Shown in pieces: positions 29,764 to 38,412 of a stretch of DNA of 64,000 nt (within the stretch, counting starts at the first letter, position 1; every line of letters begins with the position of its first letter). The notes under the pieces are model-generated. The model was given only the letters and a program-made list of their open reading frames with translations, searched no databases and was not told the DNA's origin. The translations under genes were made by a program, and so were the position numbers. This stretch comes from a virus. Lineage: Duplodnaviria; Caudoviricetes. Location of the stretch: positions 160,001 through 224,000 of the IMG/VR virus record IMGVR_UViG_3300028591_000076; one strand, written 5' to 3'.

Positions 29764-30282
29764 ATGTTTAAAGATTACTTAAAAACTTTTTTAAGATATT
29801 TTCTAGTAATATTTGCATGTAATGCTGCTACTGTTATTACATCTTTTAAGTCAGATGGATTACCTTTATTATTAGCTACAATAGGAATTGCTATTGTAGT
29901 TGCGATAGCTGCAGTACCATTACAGGTTATTACTACAAGTAAGCTATCTAAAAAAGAACAAGATATGCAGTTAGAAAATACTGCTGAAGACTTCTTTAGT
30001 AAGTTATCTGATAAAGAAAATGAGTCTATTGGTAAAATCATTAAGTATGTTCAAGAACATGGTGGTGGAGAAACTTATCTAGAGATGGACGAAAATCAAA
30101 AGATGCGTCTAAGAACTATGACAAAAGAACATAATATTGAAGTAGCGGTAGACTTAGGTATAATCGAGCTTCCAAATCCAAAGTATGATATTGAGTCATC
30201 TGGTTGGAAACTTGAAATGGAAAAAATTTTTGATAATTTATCTAATAGATTAAAAACAGCATTAGGAGAAAATTATAAATGA
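29764..30282 (+). CDS. Membrane protein (2 N-terminal TM)
   Basis: Hydrophobic N-terminus; GAGG RBS. Confidence 0.65.
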   Translation: MFKDYLKTFLRYFLVIFACNAATVITSFKSDGLPLLLATIGIAIVVAIAAVPLQVITTSKLSKKEQDMQLENTAEDFFSKLSDKENESIGKIIKYVQEHGGGETYLEMDENQKMRLRTMTKEHNIEVAVDLGIIELPNPKYDIESSGWKLEMEKIFDNLSNRLKTALGENYK

Positions 30283-31067
30283 AATTAGTTGTTGACAACG
30301 TAACTTATGGATTAGTTCCATATGGTCCAGGAACAGGCACAAGAGCACTTGGTGTTTACTTTAAAGAAGCTGATGGCGAATTTGACTATAAGCCAGAAGT
30401 TGATGAAAATGGTAAACCTGTAACAGAAGATAAGACTTTAATTAACGCTGCTGGACTTCTTAAAGATATTCTTAATTCTATTAAAGAAAAGAGCTATGAA
30501 CAGCCTTGGGCATCATTCCTTCTTGGACGTGAATACGTATATTTTATTGGTGAAGAAACAGCTGCGCCAGCATATCGTAAAATTACTGCTGCTCTCTTTG
30601 AGGGTATTTCAAAAATGGCTCTTGAAATTCAGCAGAAGCAGTTTAAAAATATTGAAGATGAAAAGAAACTTTCAGCTGTAAAAAAGCAGCTTCATGCGCC
30701 AATGCCTGTTTTTGTAGGTACACCAAAATATTATACGGGTCTAGATACTTACTATGAAAATTTTAATTTGGTATTACTACAGCTTCCTTTGGAAGAAGAT
30801 GCAAAGTTTAACCAGATGGCTACAGTAGAAGTTGCAAATCATGCATTTAGCGTATTTGTTCTTAAAATGGACAAAGAGCATTTTGAAAAACAGAAAGAAA
30901 TCCTTAAGTCTTCATATGAAGATATTGGAGCACTTTCATTACCTGCTACAAGAATTTTTATTGTAGATGAGTCAGGCGATGATGCTATTGCAGAATTTGC
31001 TCTAGAAAAAGGTTATAGAATAAATCACACAATGAATTATTCAGATAAGTATCAGCTTAGCATTTAA
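30279..31067 (+). CDS. Hypothetical protein, possibly a Cys-less QueE/NrdG-fold relic
   Basis: N-terminal YGPGTGTRALGVYF and C-terminal EFALEKGYRINH; no CxxxCxxC. Confidence 0.5.
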   Translation: MKLVVDNVTYGLVPYGPGTGTRALGVYFKEADGEFDYKPEVDENGKPVTEDKTLINAAGLLKDILNSIKEKSYEQPWASFLLGREYVYFIGEETAAPAYRKITAALFEGISKMALEIQQKQFKNIEDEKKLSAVKKQLHAPMPVFVGTPKYYTGLDTYYENFNLVLLQLPLEEDAKFNQMATVEVANHAFSVFVLKMDKEHFEKQKEILKSSYEDIGALSLPATRIFIVDESGDDAIAEFALEKGYRINHTMNYSDKYQLSI

Positions 31068-31070
31068 AAT

Positions 31071-31096
31071 TAAAGGGACTCAAATGAGTCCCTTTA
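31071..31096. terminator. Bidirectional intrinsic terminator
   Basis: TAAAGGGACTC-AAAT-GAGTCCCTTTA. Confidence 0.8.
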
Positions 31097-31102
31097 TTTA
31101 TT

Positions 31103-31375
31103 TTAAATAAAGTAATTTTCATATATTGAATTTTTATTTGTAAAATACCCCTGAACTAGACTACGTAATTCAGTTAGCGTTTGTAAACTCATTGTACCAT
31201 TTTCCTTATCAAGACTCGCAGCATTCATCTCCATGTCGCTTCTTAAACTAATCTTTATGTGTTCATCCAATACAGTAAACTCTAAATAGTCAGTAAATAA
31301 ATGTTCATCTTTTTTATTATCAACTTTAGTAAGAAAATCATCTAAAAATTTATAAAGCTTTAAGGATTCAGTCAT
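31103..31375 (-). CDS. Hypothetical protein
   Basis: 90 aa; TACATATT motif upstream. Confidence 0.55.
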   Translation of the reverse strand: MTESLKLYKFLDDFLTKVDNKKDEHLFTDYLEFTVLDEHIKISLRSDMEMNAASLDKENGTMSLQTLTELRSLVQGYFTNKNSIYENYFI

Positions 31376-31421
31376 AATTAAAATATGTAAATAAATAATA
31401 AATTACGCTAATCTATAGAAT

Positions 31422-32171
31422 ATGGACGAAGTTAGAACTATAGTATATTTATGGTGGAGAAAAGATGATGAGTCACTAATAAAATTTGGAGACCATACAG
31501 AACCAATAGATAATAAAAATTGGCAAATAGATACTGAGCTTTATATACAAAAAACGGCTGCTCCAAAAGAATCTAAGACATTTAAAGATAAAATAGATTT
31601 TATTTATTATGATATTACAGATTATGCAAAAAAAGTAAACAGAAATTATAAATTTGCTAGAATAGATAATTATATTACTCGACAAGCAAATGTAGATAAA
31701 TATAGATTAGGACAAACAGACCAATTTAAGCTTCCAAAATTTGAAATAGATGTTGAAGATTTTATAAATCAAATAAAAGATGTTATATTTGGTGGGCATA
31801 ATTTAGAAGATAGAGTTCCAATATCACCTGACTTACATATATCTGACCTAAGGAAAATAGAGGTAGAAAGAAATGTAACATTTAATTTTACAGGTGATAA
31901 TAAAATACTAAACATACTAAACATACTAAGCTTTTTTGAGTCTAAAAAAATACTTATAGTTGGGAGTGCAAAAGATTATAATTCTAGCCTTTTTAATAAA
32001 TATTTCGAATTTAATAAGTTCTTAATAAGAAATGGTAATGTGGAAGATGGGCAATTTCAATTCACTGATAAAAAAATAAAAATAGTACCTACTATGGAAA
32101 ATGAAGATATTACAAAATATGATATTATTATACAGGACTTAAATAATGTTTCAATATACTTAAGGAACTAA
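31422..32171 (+). CDS. Hypothetical protein (weak GIY-YIG/T5orf172-like N-terminus)
   Basis: VYLWW...LIKFGDH. Confidence 0.55.
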   Translation: MDEVRTIVYLWWRKDDESLIKFGDHTEPIDNKNWQIDTELYIQKTAAPKESKTFKDKIDFIYYDITDYAKKVNRNYKFARIDNYITRQANVDKYRLGQTDQFKLPKFEIDVEDFINQIKDVIFGGHNLEDRVPISPDLHISDLRKIEVERNVTFNFTGDNKILNILNILSFFESKKILIVGSAKDYNSSLFNKYFEFNKFLIRNGNVEDGQFQFTDKKIKIVPTMENEDITKYDIIIQDLNNVSIYLRN

Positions 32172-32222
32172 AAATCTTAAATGTTAATATTTAAAAAAAT
32201 AAATAAAAATAGGAGACCATAA

Positions 32223-32753
32223 ATGGTAAAGTTTCTCAAAACAAAAGATTATCCTGTAAAGTCACCTAAATGTAACGTAGGTCAGGACGCAGGAATTGAT
32301 TTTTATGTACCTTCCTATTCTGAAGGTTTTGTAAAAGCATTTAAAGAAAAAAATCCATCAAAAGAAATTGAGGAAAAAGATGGAAAATATTTTATTAGAG
32401 TTGCGCCACACTCAGATGTAAATATTCCATCAGGAATTTATTCATCATTTCCATCAAATATCGCCCTTGTAGGTGCTAATAAATCTGGTGTAGCATCAAA
32501 ACAAAAACTTATCTATGGCGCACATGTTATTGACTCCTCATATCAAGGTATTATTCACCTTCATATGATTAATACATCTGATGATTGGCAAGTTATTAAT
32601 TTAGATGAAAAAGTTGTACAGTTTATTCCATTCATTATTGATATTTCTGGTATTAGTGTAAATGAAGAATCAGATATGTCAAAAACAGACTTTTATGAAG
32701 GCAAACAAACTGAACGAGGCGAAGGCGCATTCGGGTCAACTACGCTTAACTAG
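32223..32753 (+). CDS. dut: Trimeric dUTPase
   Basis: DAGIDF, KSGVA, VIDSSYQG, VVQ, RGEGAFGST. Confidence 0.95.
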   Translation: MVKFLKTKDYPVKSPKCNVGQDAGIDFYVPSYSEGFVKAFKEKNPSKEIEEKDGKYFIRVAPHSDVNIPSGIYSSFPSNIALVGANKSGVASKQKLIYGAHVIDSSYQGIIHLHMINTSDDWQVINLDEKVVQFIPFIIDISGISVNEESDMSKTDFYEGKQTERGEGAFGSTTLN

Positions 32754-33773
32754 GCTTTTTTGAATTATTTCATTTATAAATCCTGGGTAATTTTTATTAT
32801 CCAGGATTTTTTTATATTCAGTTATATCCGCTTCTCGAAGAATATTCACTCCTAGTTCTTTCATTTTTTCTTGTTTATTAATTTCTGAAAACTTTCTATA
32901 AGGATTATATAAATTACCATTTTCATCAAAAAATTGATCGCCTTTTATTTCTGTAAATATACCATTTATTATGAAATCGGGCTCATAATGCCTTGTTTTA
33001 CCAAAATCATCAATATATGTAAATGCGCACTTAGGATGGTAATCAAATATAATATTTTGGTCTATAAGATATAAGTAAACAATAAGCTCCCAACTACTAT
33101 CAAACTTTTGACCATTATAAATATATTTATAACCCCAATTATTTTGATGATATGGTAGACCAAACCTAGCTAAATTTGTTTGTTTAGCTTTTTCTTTTAT
33201 AGACTCCAGTTGTGAAGGATGCTCTACGCCATATTTTAATAGAGATGTTTTCTTTGCCTTATCTTGTACATCTAAATTACACATAGGAGCTGGTCCACCA
33301 TATTTTTCAAGATTTGTCTCTTTAGCTTTTTTACTAGCTTTTCTACGTTTATCTTCTGTATATGAATTTTGTATTTTATTTACAATATCCTTATTTTGAC
33401 ATGCAAACTCTGTTCCATATACTTTTAAGCAAGTATTTTTTCTTTTTTCTTTAAACTCATCTAAAGAAATGGGATTAGTAGTACCATATTTGTCTTTACA
33501 AGTCTCAGCCATTTTAGACTTCCAATTCTCAATATAGCTATCTTTTGACCCATAATTATTTATAATACTTTGCTTCTTATAACAATCATTACATAACAAT
33601 GTGAGCATACGTGTCATTCTATCCGTACGCATTCTCATTATAACATCTTTTTTACATTCTCTACATGTAAAAAATATATAAGTATTATAACGAATATTAC
33701 TTATTTCTTCCTTCGTCAATTTGTTAATATTAAATGGATTAGATTGTGAATTATTTATATTACTAAGTTTCAT
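32736..33773 (-). CDS. Zn-finger/KYG-repeat PD-(D/E)XK homing-endonuclease-like protein
   Basis: CREC..CNDC; KYG repeats; FDSSWE..YEPDF..TEIKGDQFF; convergent with dut and overlapping its 3' end by 18 nt. Confidence 0.75.
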   Translation of the reverse strand: MKLSNINNSQSNPFNINKLTKEEISNIRYNTYIFFTCRECKKDVIMRMRTDRMTRMLTLLCNDCYKKQSIINNYGSKDSYIENWKSKMAETCKDKYGTTNPISLDEFKEKRKNTCLKVYGTEFACQNKDIVNKIQNSYTEDKRRKASKKAKETNLEKYGGPAPMCNLDVQDKAKKTSLLKYGVEHPSQLESIKEKAKQTNLARFGLPYHQNNWGYKYIYNGQKFDSSWELIVYLYLIDQNIIFDYHPKCAFTYIDDFGKTRHYEPDFIINGIFTEIKGDQFFDENGNLYNPYRKFSEINKQEKMKELGVNILREADITEYKKILDNKNYPGFINEIIQKSLVKRS

Positions 33774-33817
33774 AATATAATTAGTAATTGATTGACCAAA
33801 GCTATAATGGAGAAATA

Positions 33818-33835
33818 ATTTACTCTAGAGTAAAT
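33818..33835. promoter_or_regulatory. 18-bp perfect palindrome (candidate operator)
   Basis: ATTTACTCTAGAGTAAAT lies between TATAAT (33803-33808) and the GAGGAG RBS. Confidence 0.45.
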
Positions 33836-33846
33836 GAGGAGTCAAA

Positions 33847-34008
33847 ATGACTATAAACTTAGAAACATACGAAATTGATACTTTACTTGAACTACTTAAT
33901 CGTAAAATCGAAAAGGCTGAAGCTAAAGAAATTGATGAAGCTCAAGTAAAATATGTAAAAGACCTAAAAAGTATTAAAGCTTCAATTGAAGCTCAAATTT
34001 CTAATTAG
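33847..34008 (+). CDS. Small 53-aa coiled-coil protein upstream of the ncRNA
   Basis: Below the track cutoff; GAGGAG RBS; MTINLETYEIDTLLELLNRKIEKAEAKEIDEAQVKYVKDLKSIKASIEAQISN. Confidence 0.75.
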   Translation: MTINLETYEIDTLLELLNRKIEKAEAKEIDEAQVKYVKDLKSIKASIEAQISN

Positions 34009-34020
34009 AATAAATATAGC

Positions 34021-34421
34021 AGTGTAGCAAGACTGATTGAAAATATTGCTAGCGTTTATGTTACGTATGGCCTTACGCTTTGAACGAAAAGGCTGCTTTC
34101 CAAGTGCATTTGGGCACAGATGCTATCTGTACAGACTAACAATTTGGACGAGTTAGTATATAGCTATAAACTGGAGTCCGGAAAGCTTAAGATACCATGC
34201 ATGAAGTCCAATGGAGTTGACCAAAGCCCAAAGACCCGCTTGATTTTGGTAGTTATTCGTAAGGATAACGCACGTGGACCAGCACGATAATACCTTCTGG
34301 TGTGGAGACAACATCTAGATATACTATATCGCCGTGGATGCAAAAATACGCTAGATAAGCTCCCTGAAACTGTGGCACGGATGGGTTAGTAATGAACCTA
34401 ACGACTACCTAACATTACACT
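34021..34421 (+). ncRNA. Large structured non-coding RNA (~400 nt), family unassigned (ROOL-like candidate)
   Basis: No ORF; ~43% GC against ~28-30% background; terminal helix AGTGTAG/TTACACT; long-range pairs; GNRA-capped hairpins; followed by a terminator. Confidence 0.75.
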
Positions 34422-34431
34422 TAAATAATAG

Positions 34432-34459
34432 GCGCTCTCGTTATGAGAGCGCATTTTTT
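34432..34459 (+). terminator. Intrinsic terminator closing the ncRNA transcript
   Basis: GCGCTCTC-GTTAT-GAGAGCGC followed by ATTTTTT. Confidence 0.85.
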
Positions 34460-34480
34460 ATAAATTTATTAATTTACATT

Positions 34481-35035
34481 ATGAATAAAATATTTGAGTC
34501 AATCTATAACAATAGTAAAAATACTAGATTATGCGAAATGTCAGCAAGAGTTGCATATAATAAAATAAAACCTGAACTTAGTAAAACAACAAATGGCCCA
34601 TTAAGTATAAGTGAATATGGCAAAAAATTTAATAGCTATGAAAATGAGTACTTTACTGATGCCATGGGTAATCCTATTAAAGCGCTTGAATTTATAAAGT
34701 CTATTTATAGCTTAGCGAAAGCTGATAACTATGAACCGCAAAAAATTAAGGATGCTTTATATTACTTTTTAGAACCGGCAAATAAAAAATTTATTATTCC
34801 TAATAATTATACATATATAGATGTAAAAAAGAAACTTTTAAATGGAAAAGAGACTATAATAAGAAAAGATATTAGTAGAAGTGCGTCATTAGATATTTTA
34901 TTATCAGATATAATTGGCGGGCTTGAGAGTAACCTAGATATAGTAGATGTTACTAATAGCGATAATAAAAACCTTTTATTATTTAAGCGTAAAAAACAGC
35001 CTATTTCAGAAGAAGAATTAAAAAATATCAAATAA
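34481..35035 (+). CDS. Hypothetical protein with N-terminal IFESIY..RLCE leader
   Basis: Putative capsid-targeted family; ATTAATT lies 6 nt before the ATG. Confidence 0.6.
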   Translation: MNKIFESIYNNSKNTRLCEMSARVAYNKIKPELSKTTNGPLSISEYGKKFNSYENEYFTDAMGNPIKALEFIKSIYSLAKADNYEPQKIKDALYYFLEPANKKFIIPNNYTYIDVKKKLLNGKETIIRKDISRSASLDILLSDIIGGLESNLDIVDVTNSDNKNLLLFKRKKQPISEEELKNIK

Positions 35036-35062
35036 AATAAAACTATACTAATATATTTTTAT

Positions 35063-35377
35063 TTATACAATATGAATATGGTCTGGATTTCCGCCATTTT
35101 TTATATAAAAATCCATAATAATTTGTTTATCATCCTTGGGAAAGCCATTAAAGGACGTTAACAAACGATCTTCTTTAATAGATAAAAGAATTCCCCGTTC
35201 AAGTGAAAATGTTACCTCTTTAATAATTGGGTCAGAAAAATTACTTTTACCAATTAAATCAAGGCCAAATATAGTGTCCCATTTACCATTTCCTAATTTA
35301 TAACCATGAATAACATATTTCTTTTCAAGCCTCTTAATATTATTTTTAGTATTAAAAATCATAGTATGTTCCTCCAA
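35063..35377 (-). CDS. Hypothetical protein
   Basis: ORF (probable start MIFNTK after GGAGG). Confidence 0.55.
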   Translation of the reverse strand: MEEHTMIFNTKNNIKRLEKKYVIHGYKLGNGKWDTIFGLDLIGKSNFSDPIIKEVTFSLERGILLSIKEDRLLTSFNGFPKDDKQIIMDFYIKNGGNPDHIHIV

Positions 35378-35442
35378 ACCTTTATATAAAATATGTATTT
35401 TTATTAATCTTTGTATAAAAAATCTAATAATTAGCTAAAAAT

Positions 35443-35467
35443 AAAGCTCGCTTTAAGCGAGCTTTTT
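35443..35467 (-). terminator. Intrinsic terminator after the flaA-like operon
   Basis: AAAGCTCGCT-TTA-AGCGAGCTTT. Confidence 0.7.
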
Positions 35468-35474
35468 AATTATA

Positions 35475-35723
35475 CTAAATACAACTTGAAATTATAGATA
35501 ATCCAGAAAGAAAAAATATAATTCCAAATATCATACTAATACTGGGTAATATATAATCTACCATAGATTTTTTCTTGTATTCAACAAAGTCAAATAGCAA
35601 TTGTCCATTTTTTACATCTTCTGGTACATTATCTTCATTTTTTAATAGAATACCAATATTTCTATTAATAATTAAAAATCCTACTAATAGAAAAATAAAG
35701 CCAAATGCAACATCTATAAGCAA
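35475..35723 (-). CDS. Small 2-TM membrane protein
   Basis: Two hydrophobic helices; directly follows the flaA-like gene. Confidence 0.55.
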   Translation of the reverse strand: MLIDVAFGFIFLLVGFLIINRNIGILLKNEDNVPEDVKNGQLLFDFVEYKKKSMVDYILPSISMIFGIIFFLSGLSIISSCI

Positions 35724-36557
35724 TTATTTTGCCTCTTCTGTATTTGTGGGCTTATCCATCAAAGATGCTTCAACAGTTCTTAAACGATTACGTTCTGCAA
35801 CTTTTGCTTTTGCTTTCTTTTCTACTTCTGTATTTGGTGAAATACCAAATTCTTCTTTAAGAATCTTGTTATTTTCAACTTGTTCATCTGTAAACATCTT
35901 ATCATAGATAACTGTTACTTTTCTCAAAAAGAAAAGTGAATAAGGTGAATATACATTCGGTCCACTAGGCGCATTTGTCTTAATTTGAAAACCAACAAGA
36001 TAAAGTCCATCAGCTTCTGAGCCTAAAACTGGGCTAGCTTTTACATCTCGCTTATTAGGATCTGGCTCATAGTTAGGATTATTAAAAATCAATTCATAAT
36101 CTTCCATTGATTTTATTGTACTAAAATCTTGTGGCATTAGAACTCTCTTAACTGGACCAGTTGGTGATGTAGAATAAAGCAAATAAATCTCATCATATGC
36201 TCTATTTGTAGTTGCCTCAATTTTAATTGACTTAATATACTTAACATTATAAATATACCCAGTTCCTACACCATCTTCATTTAAGAATGAAGGATAGGAT
36301 ACTAAAACTTTATAGGACGTAGATATATTTTCTGGTACATCTTTTGCCAAAAATCTAATACCTCTATCATTAGGCTCTAAAATCTTAAATGAGTCTTTTC
36401 TAAAATAGCCAGAATCAGAAGTCATTTCAAAATTAGATATATAATCATAACCGTCTAAATCTGACTTAGCTGATGAGTCAAATAAAACCTTTTCTTCCGC
36501 AAAAGAAAAAGTCACTAGCATAAATGCTGTTAGCATCAATAAAATAAGTTTTTTCAT
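35724..36557 (-). CDS. flaA: Spirochaete flagellar filament outer-layer (sheath) protein FlaA-like, divergent
   Basis: Sec signal peptide (MKKLILLMLTAFMLVTFSFA|EE). Motifs GYIYNVKYIKSI, ELIFNNPNY..D..KRDVK..P, LVGFQI, RKVTVIYDK and RLRTVE line up with the Treponema FlaA pattern as recalled (GxxxNVGxIKSI, ELxWxNPxY, FxGFxI, KDVKIIYDK, VLRYxE). Confidence 0.65.
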   Translation of the reverse strand: MKKLILLMLTAFMLVTFSFAEEKVLFDSSAKSDLDGYDYISNFEMTSDSGYFRKDSFKILEPNDRGIRFLAKDVPENISTSYKVLVSYPSFLNEDGVGTGYIYNVKYIKSIKIEATTNRAYDEIYLLYSTSPTGPVKRVLMPQDFSTIKSMEDYELIFNNPNYEPDPNKRDVKASPVLGSEADGLYLVGFQIKTNAPSGPNVYSPYSLFFLRKVTVIYDKMFTDEQVENNKILKEEFGISPNTEVEKKAKAKVAERNRLRTVEASLMDKPTNTEEAK

Positions 36558-36641
36558 TTCTAATGAAACTCCTAAAAATTTTTAATTTTTATTAATATTA
36601 GCCTATTAAATAATGATATTAGCTAAGACTAATTAATAATT

Positions 36642-37436
36642 ATGACAGAAATAATAACAACAGCCGCAAATGCGTCTACAGGATTTTATATTATAATAGG
36701 ACTCTTAATAGTAATTATTAGCGTACTAATATTAGTAAGCGGCTGGTATCTTATTAAAAATACAAAATCTATCTCTATAGGTAGTCTAAAAATTGATGCA
36801 GCTAAAAAGGAATCGGTAAAAGAACCAGATAATAAAAAAGATAAAGAAATACATGAAGCAAAAAAGAGTGTAGAGGATTATACTAGAAGTATATTATCTA
36901 AACAATTTGACCAAGTAGTTCCTTTTCTTTCATCATTAAGGCCTATATTTAATAGACTCTGCTATTCAATATTAAATGATGCTATGGCGGAAAGCTTAGG
37001 AGTAGAGAGAGAAGTAAGAATACCACAAAAGGATGAGTCTTGCAAAATTCCAGGTAGCCATTATAAAGTTGAAACTGTAAAAACTTATATTGCTGAGCCC
37101 CAAACAAGAGTTTTTACAAACCTAGTTGAAAGTACTGTGGACTCTCTAATAGGCAAAATGGAGAGAGAAATATATAATATGCTTGTAAATAATAATATAG
37201 GTAAGTCAAGAGATGATGTAAGAACATATATCCATATGAAAAGTGAAAACTTAATAGGTATTATAAGAAATTGTTTATGTGACGCTTATAATCAACTAAG
37301 CAATAAAAATCTTTTTGACACAAAATCATATTGGGCTGAAACAGGAATTACATATCCATCAGACTGGATAGAAGATAAGTTATATAAATTATTCGTATTA
37401 TGCTTACAATGTAGATATTCTGATTTCGATGAATAA
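36642..37436 (+). CDS. Single-pass membrane protein (possible holin/lysis-related)
   Basis: N-terminal TM (FYIIIGLLIVIISVLILVSGWYLI); ACTAATT upstream. Confidence 0.6.
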   Translation: MTEIITTAANASTGFYIIIGLLIVIISVLILVSGWYLIKNTKSISIGSLKIDAAKKESVKEPDNKKDKEIHEAKKSVEDYTRSILSKQFDQVVPFLSSLRPIFNRLCYSILNDAMAESLGVEREVRIPQKDESCKIPGSHYKVETVKTYIAEPQTRVFTNLVESTVDSLIGKMEREIYNMLVNNNIGKSRDDVRTYIHMKSENLIGIIRNCLCDAYNQLSNKNLFDTKSYWAETGITYPSDWIEDKLYKLFVLCLQCRYSDFDE

Positions 37437-37439
37437 AAT

Positions 37440-37465
37440 AAAAGGACCAAGCTTTGGTCCTTTTT
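37440..37465. terminator. Bidirectional terminator
   Basis: AAAAGGACCAA-GCT-TTGGTCCTTTT. Confidence 0.8.
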
Positions 37466-37468
37466 AAT

Positions 37469-38335
37469 TTATAACAAATTAACTAAAACATCTTCTGCCG
37501 CATCTTCAGCATCTTTAATTTCATCATCTGTTATAATAGTATTTCCAGCTATATCGAATGTATCGCTACAATAGAATGTAGGTCTTACTATAAGTAAAGT
37601 ATCGTCAATTTCGTCTATATCTACAAGACCAAAACCTGTTTTAAGGCCAACTTTAACATGGCTCCTTATTTCAGGATATTCCTTATAAAATGCACTCATT
37701 AGTTTACCAGGAATTAAATCTTTAAAATATTCATCATTATCAGATATTTCATCAACTGTCTTAAATATACTAATATTATCTTTTGGAAAAGCTTCTTTTA
37801 TTTTATTATAATATCCTAACCAAATAGAATTATGGCCATTCTTATATCCAGCAGCTACATGAGCTACTTCATGAGCAATAATTGACCTTACTAAATCTAC
37901 AGGAAGCCATAATAAGTCTGAATGATAATAAATTGTATTATCTTTTTCATTATATGAAGCTAATGTTGTATTTTCATTTCTAAGCGAGTAATGAATATCT
38001 TTTTCAATACCTAATTTTTCAGCACATAAATCACCAAAATCGCCAATAGTATCTTCTCTAGCTTCTTTTAATCTAGTTACTTTAGCAGTTATAAAAGCTT
38101 TTTCAAATAAGCGTGTATTTTCTACACAAGCACTTTCATCTACTTTTTTAAGTAAACATATATGGCCAGTTTCTTCTTCATGCTGACATGCCCAATATCC
38201 ACTATTCCAATTAGCCCAAGCATCTCTATCAGTACCCCATCCGCCATTTGGATAAGGATTATCATCTATAGATTTTCCTTCTACTCTAGCATTCCAGCCT
38301 AGATTCCAATAATCATCAAAAGTAAGCTTTTTCAT
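37469..38335 (-). CDS. Rmf/CrpP-like N-terminal module fused to a SprT/YgjP-like HExxH metalloprotease domain
   Basis: YWNLGWNARVEGKSIDDNPY...WNSGY; IIAHEVAHV...GHNSIW. Confidence 0.6.
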   Translation of the reverse strand: MKKLTFDDYWNLGWNARVEGKSIDDNPYPNGGWGTDRDAWANWNSGYWACQHEEETGHICLLKKVDESACVENTRLFEKAFITAKVTRLKEAREDTIGDFGDLCAEKLGIEKDIHYSLRNENTTLASYNEKDNTIYYHSDLLWLPVDLVRSIIAHEVAHVAAGYKNGHNSIWLGYYNKIKEAFPKDNISIFKTVDEISDNDEYFKDLIPGKLMSAFYKEYPEIRSHVKVGLKTGFGLVDIDEIDDTLLIVRPTFYCSDTFDIAGNTIITDDEIKDAEDAAEDVLVNLL

Positions 38336-38363
38336 ATAAAAATTAGTAAGTATCTTAAATAAT

Positions 38364-38389
38364 AAAGGGCCTCTTGTGAGGCCCTTTTT
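38364..38389 (-). terminator. Terminator after flaB
   Basis: AAAGGGCCTC-TTGT-GAGGCCCTTT. Confidence 0.8.
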
Positions 38390-38412
38390 ATATATGAAAT
38401 GAATAAGATATA

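Noticed and set aside
34021-34421. tmRNA, RNase P, tRNA cluster or group I/II intron identity for the GC-rich island
   Set aside because: No tRNA-like ends or tag ORF, no GAGGAAAGUCC/P4 pairing, no cloverleafs, no P7 or domain V, and no interrupted gene.
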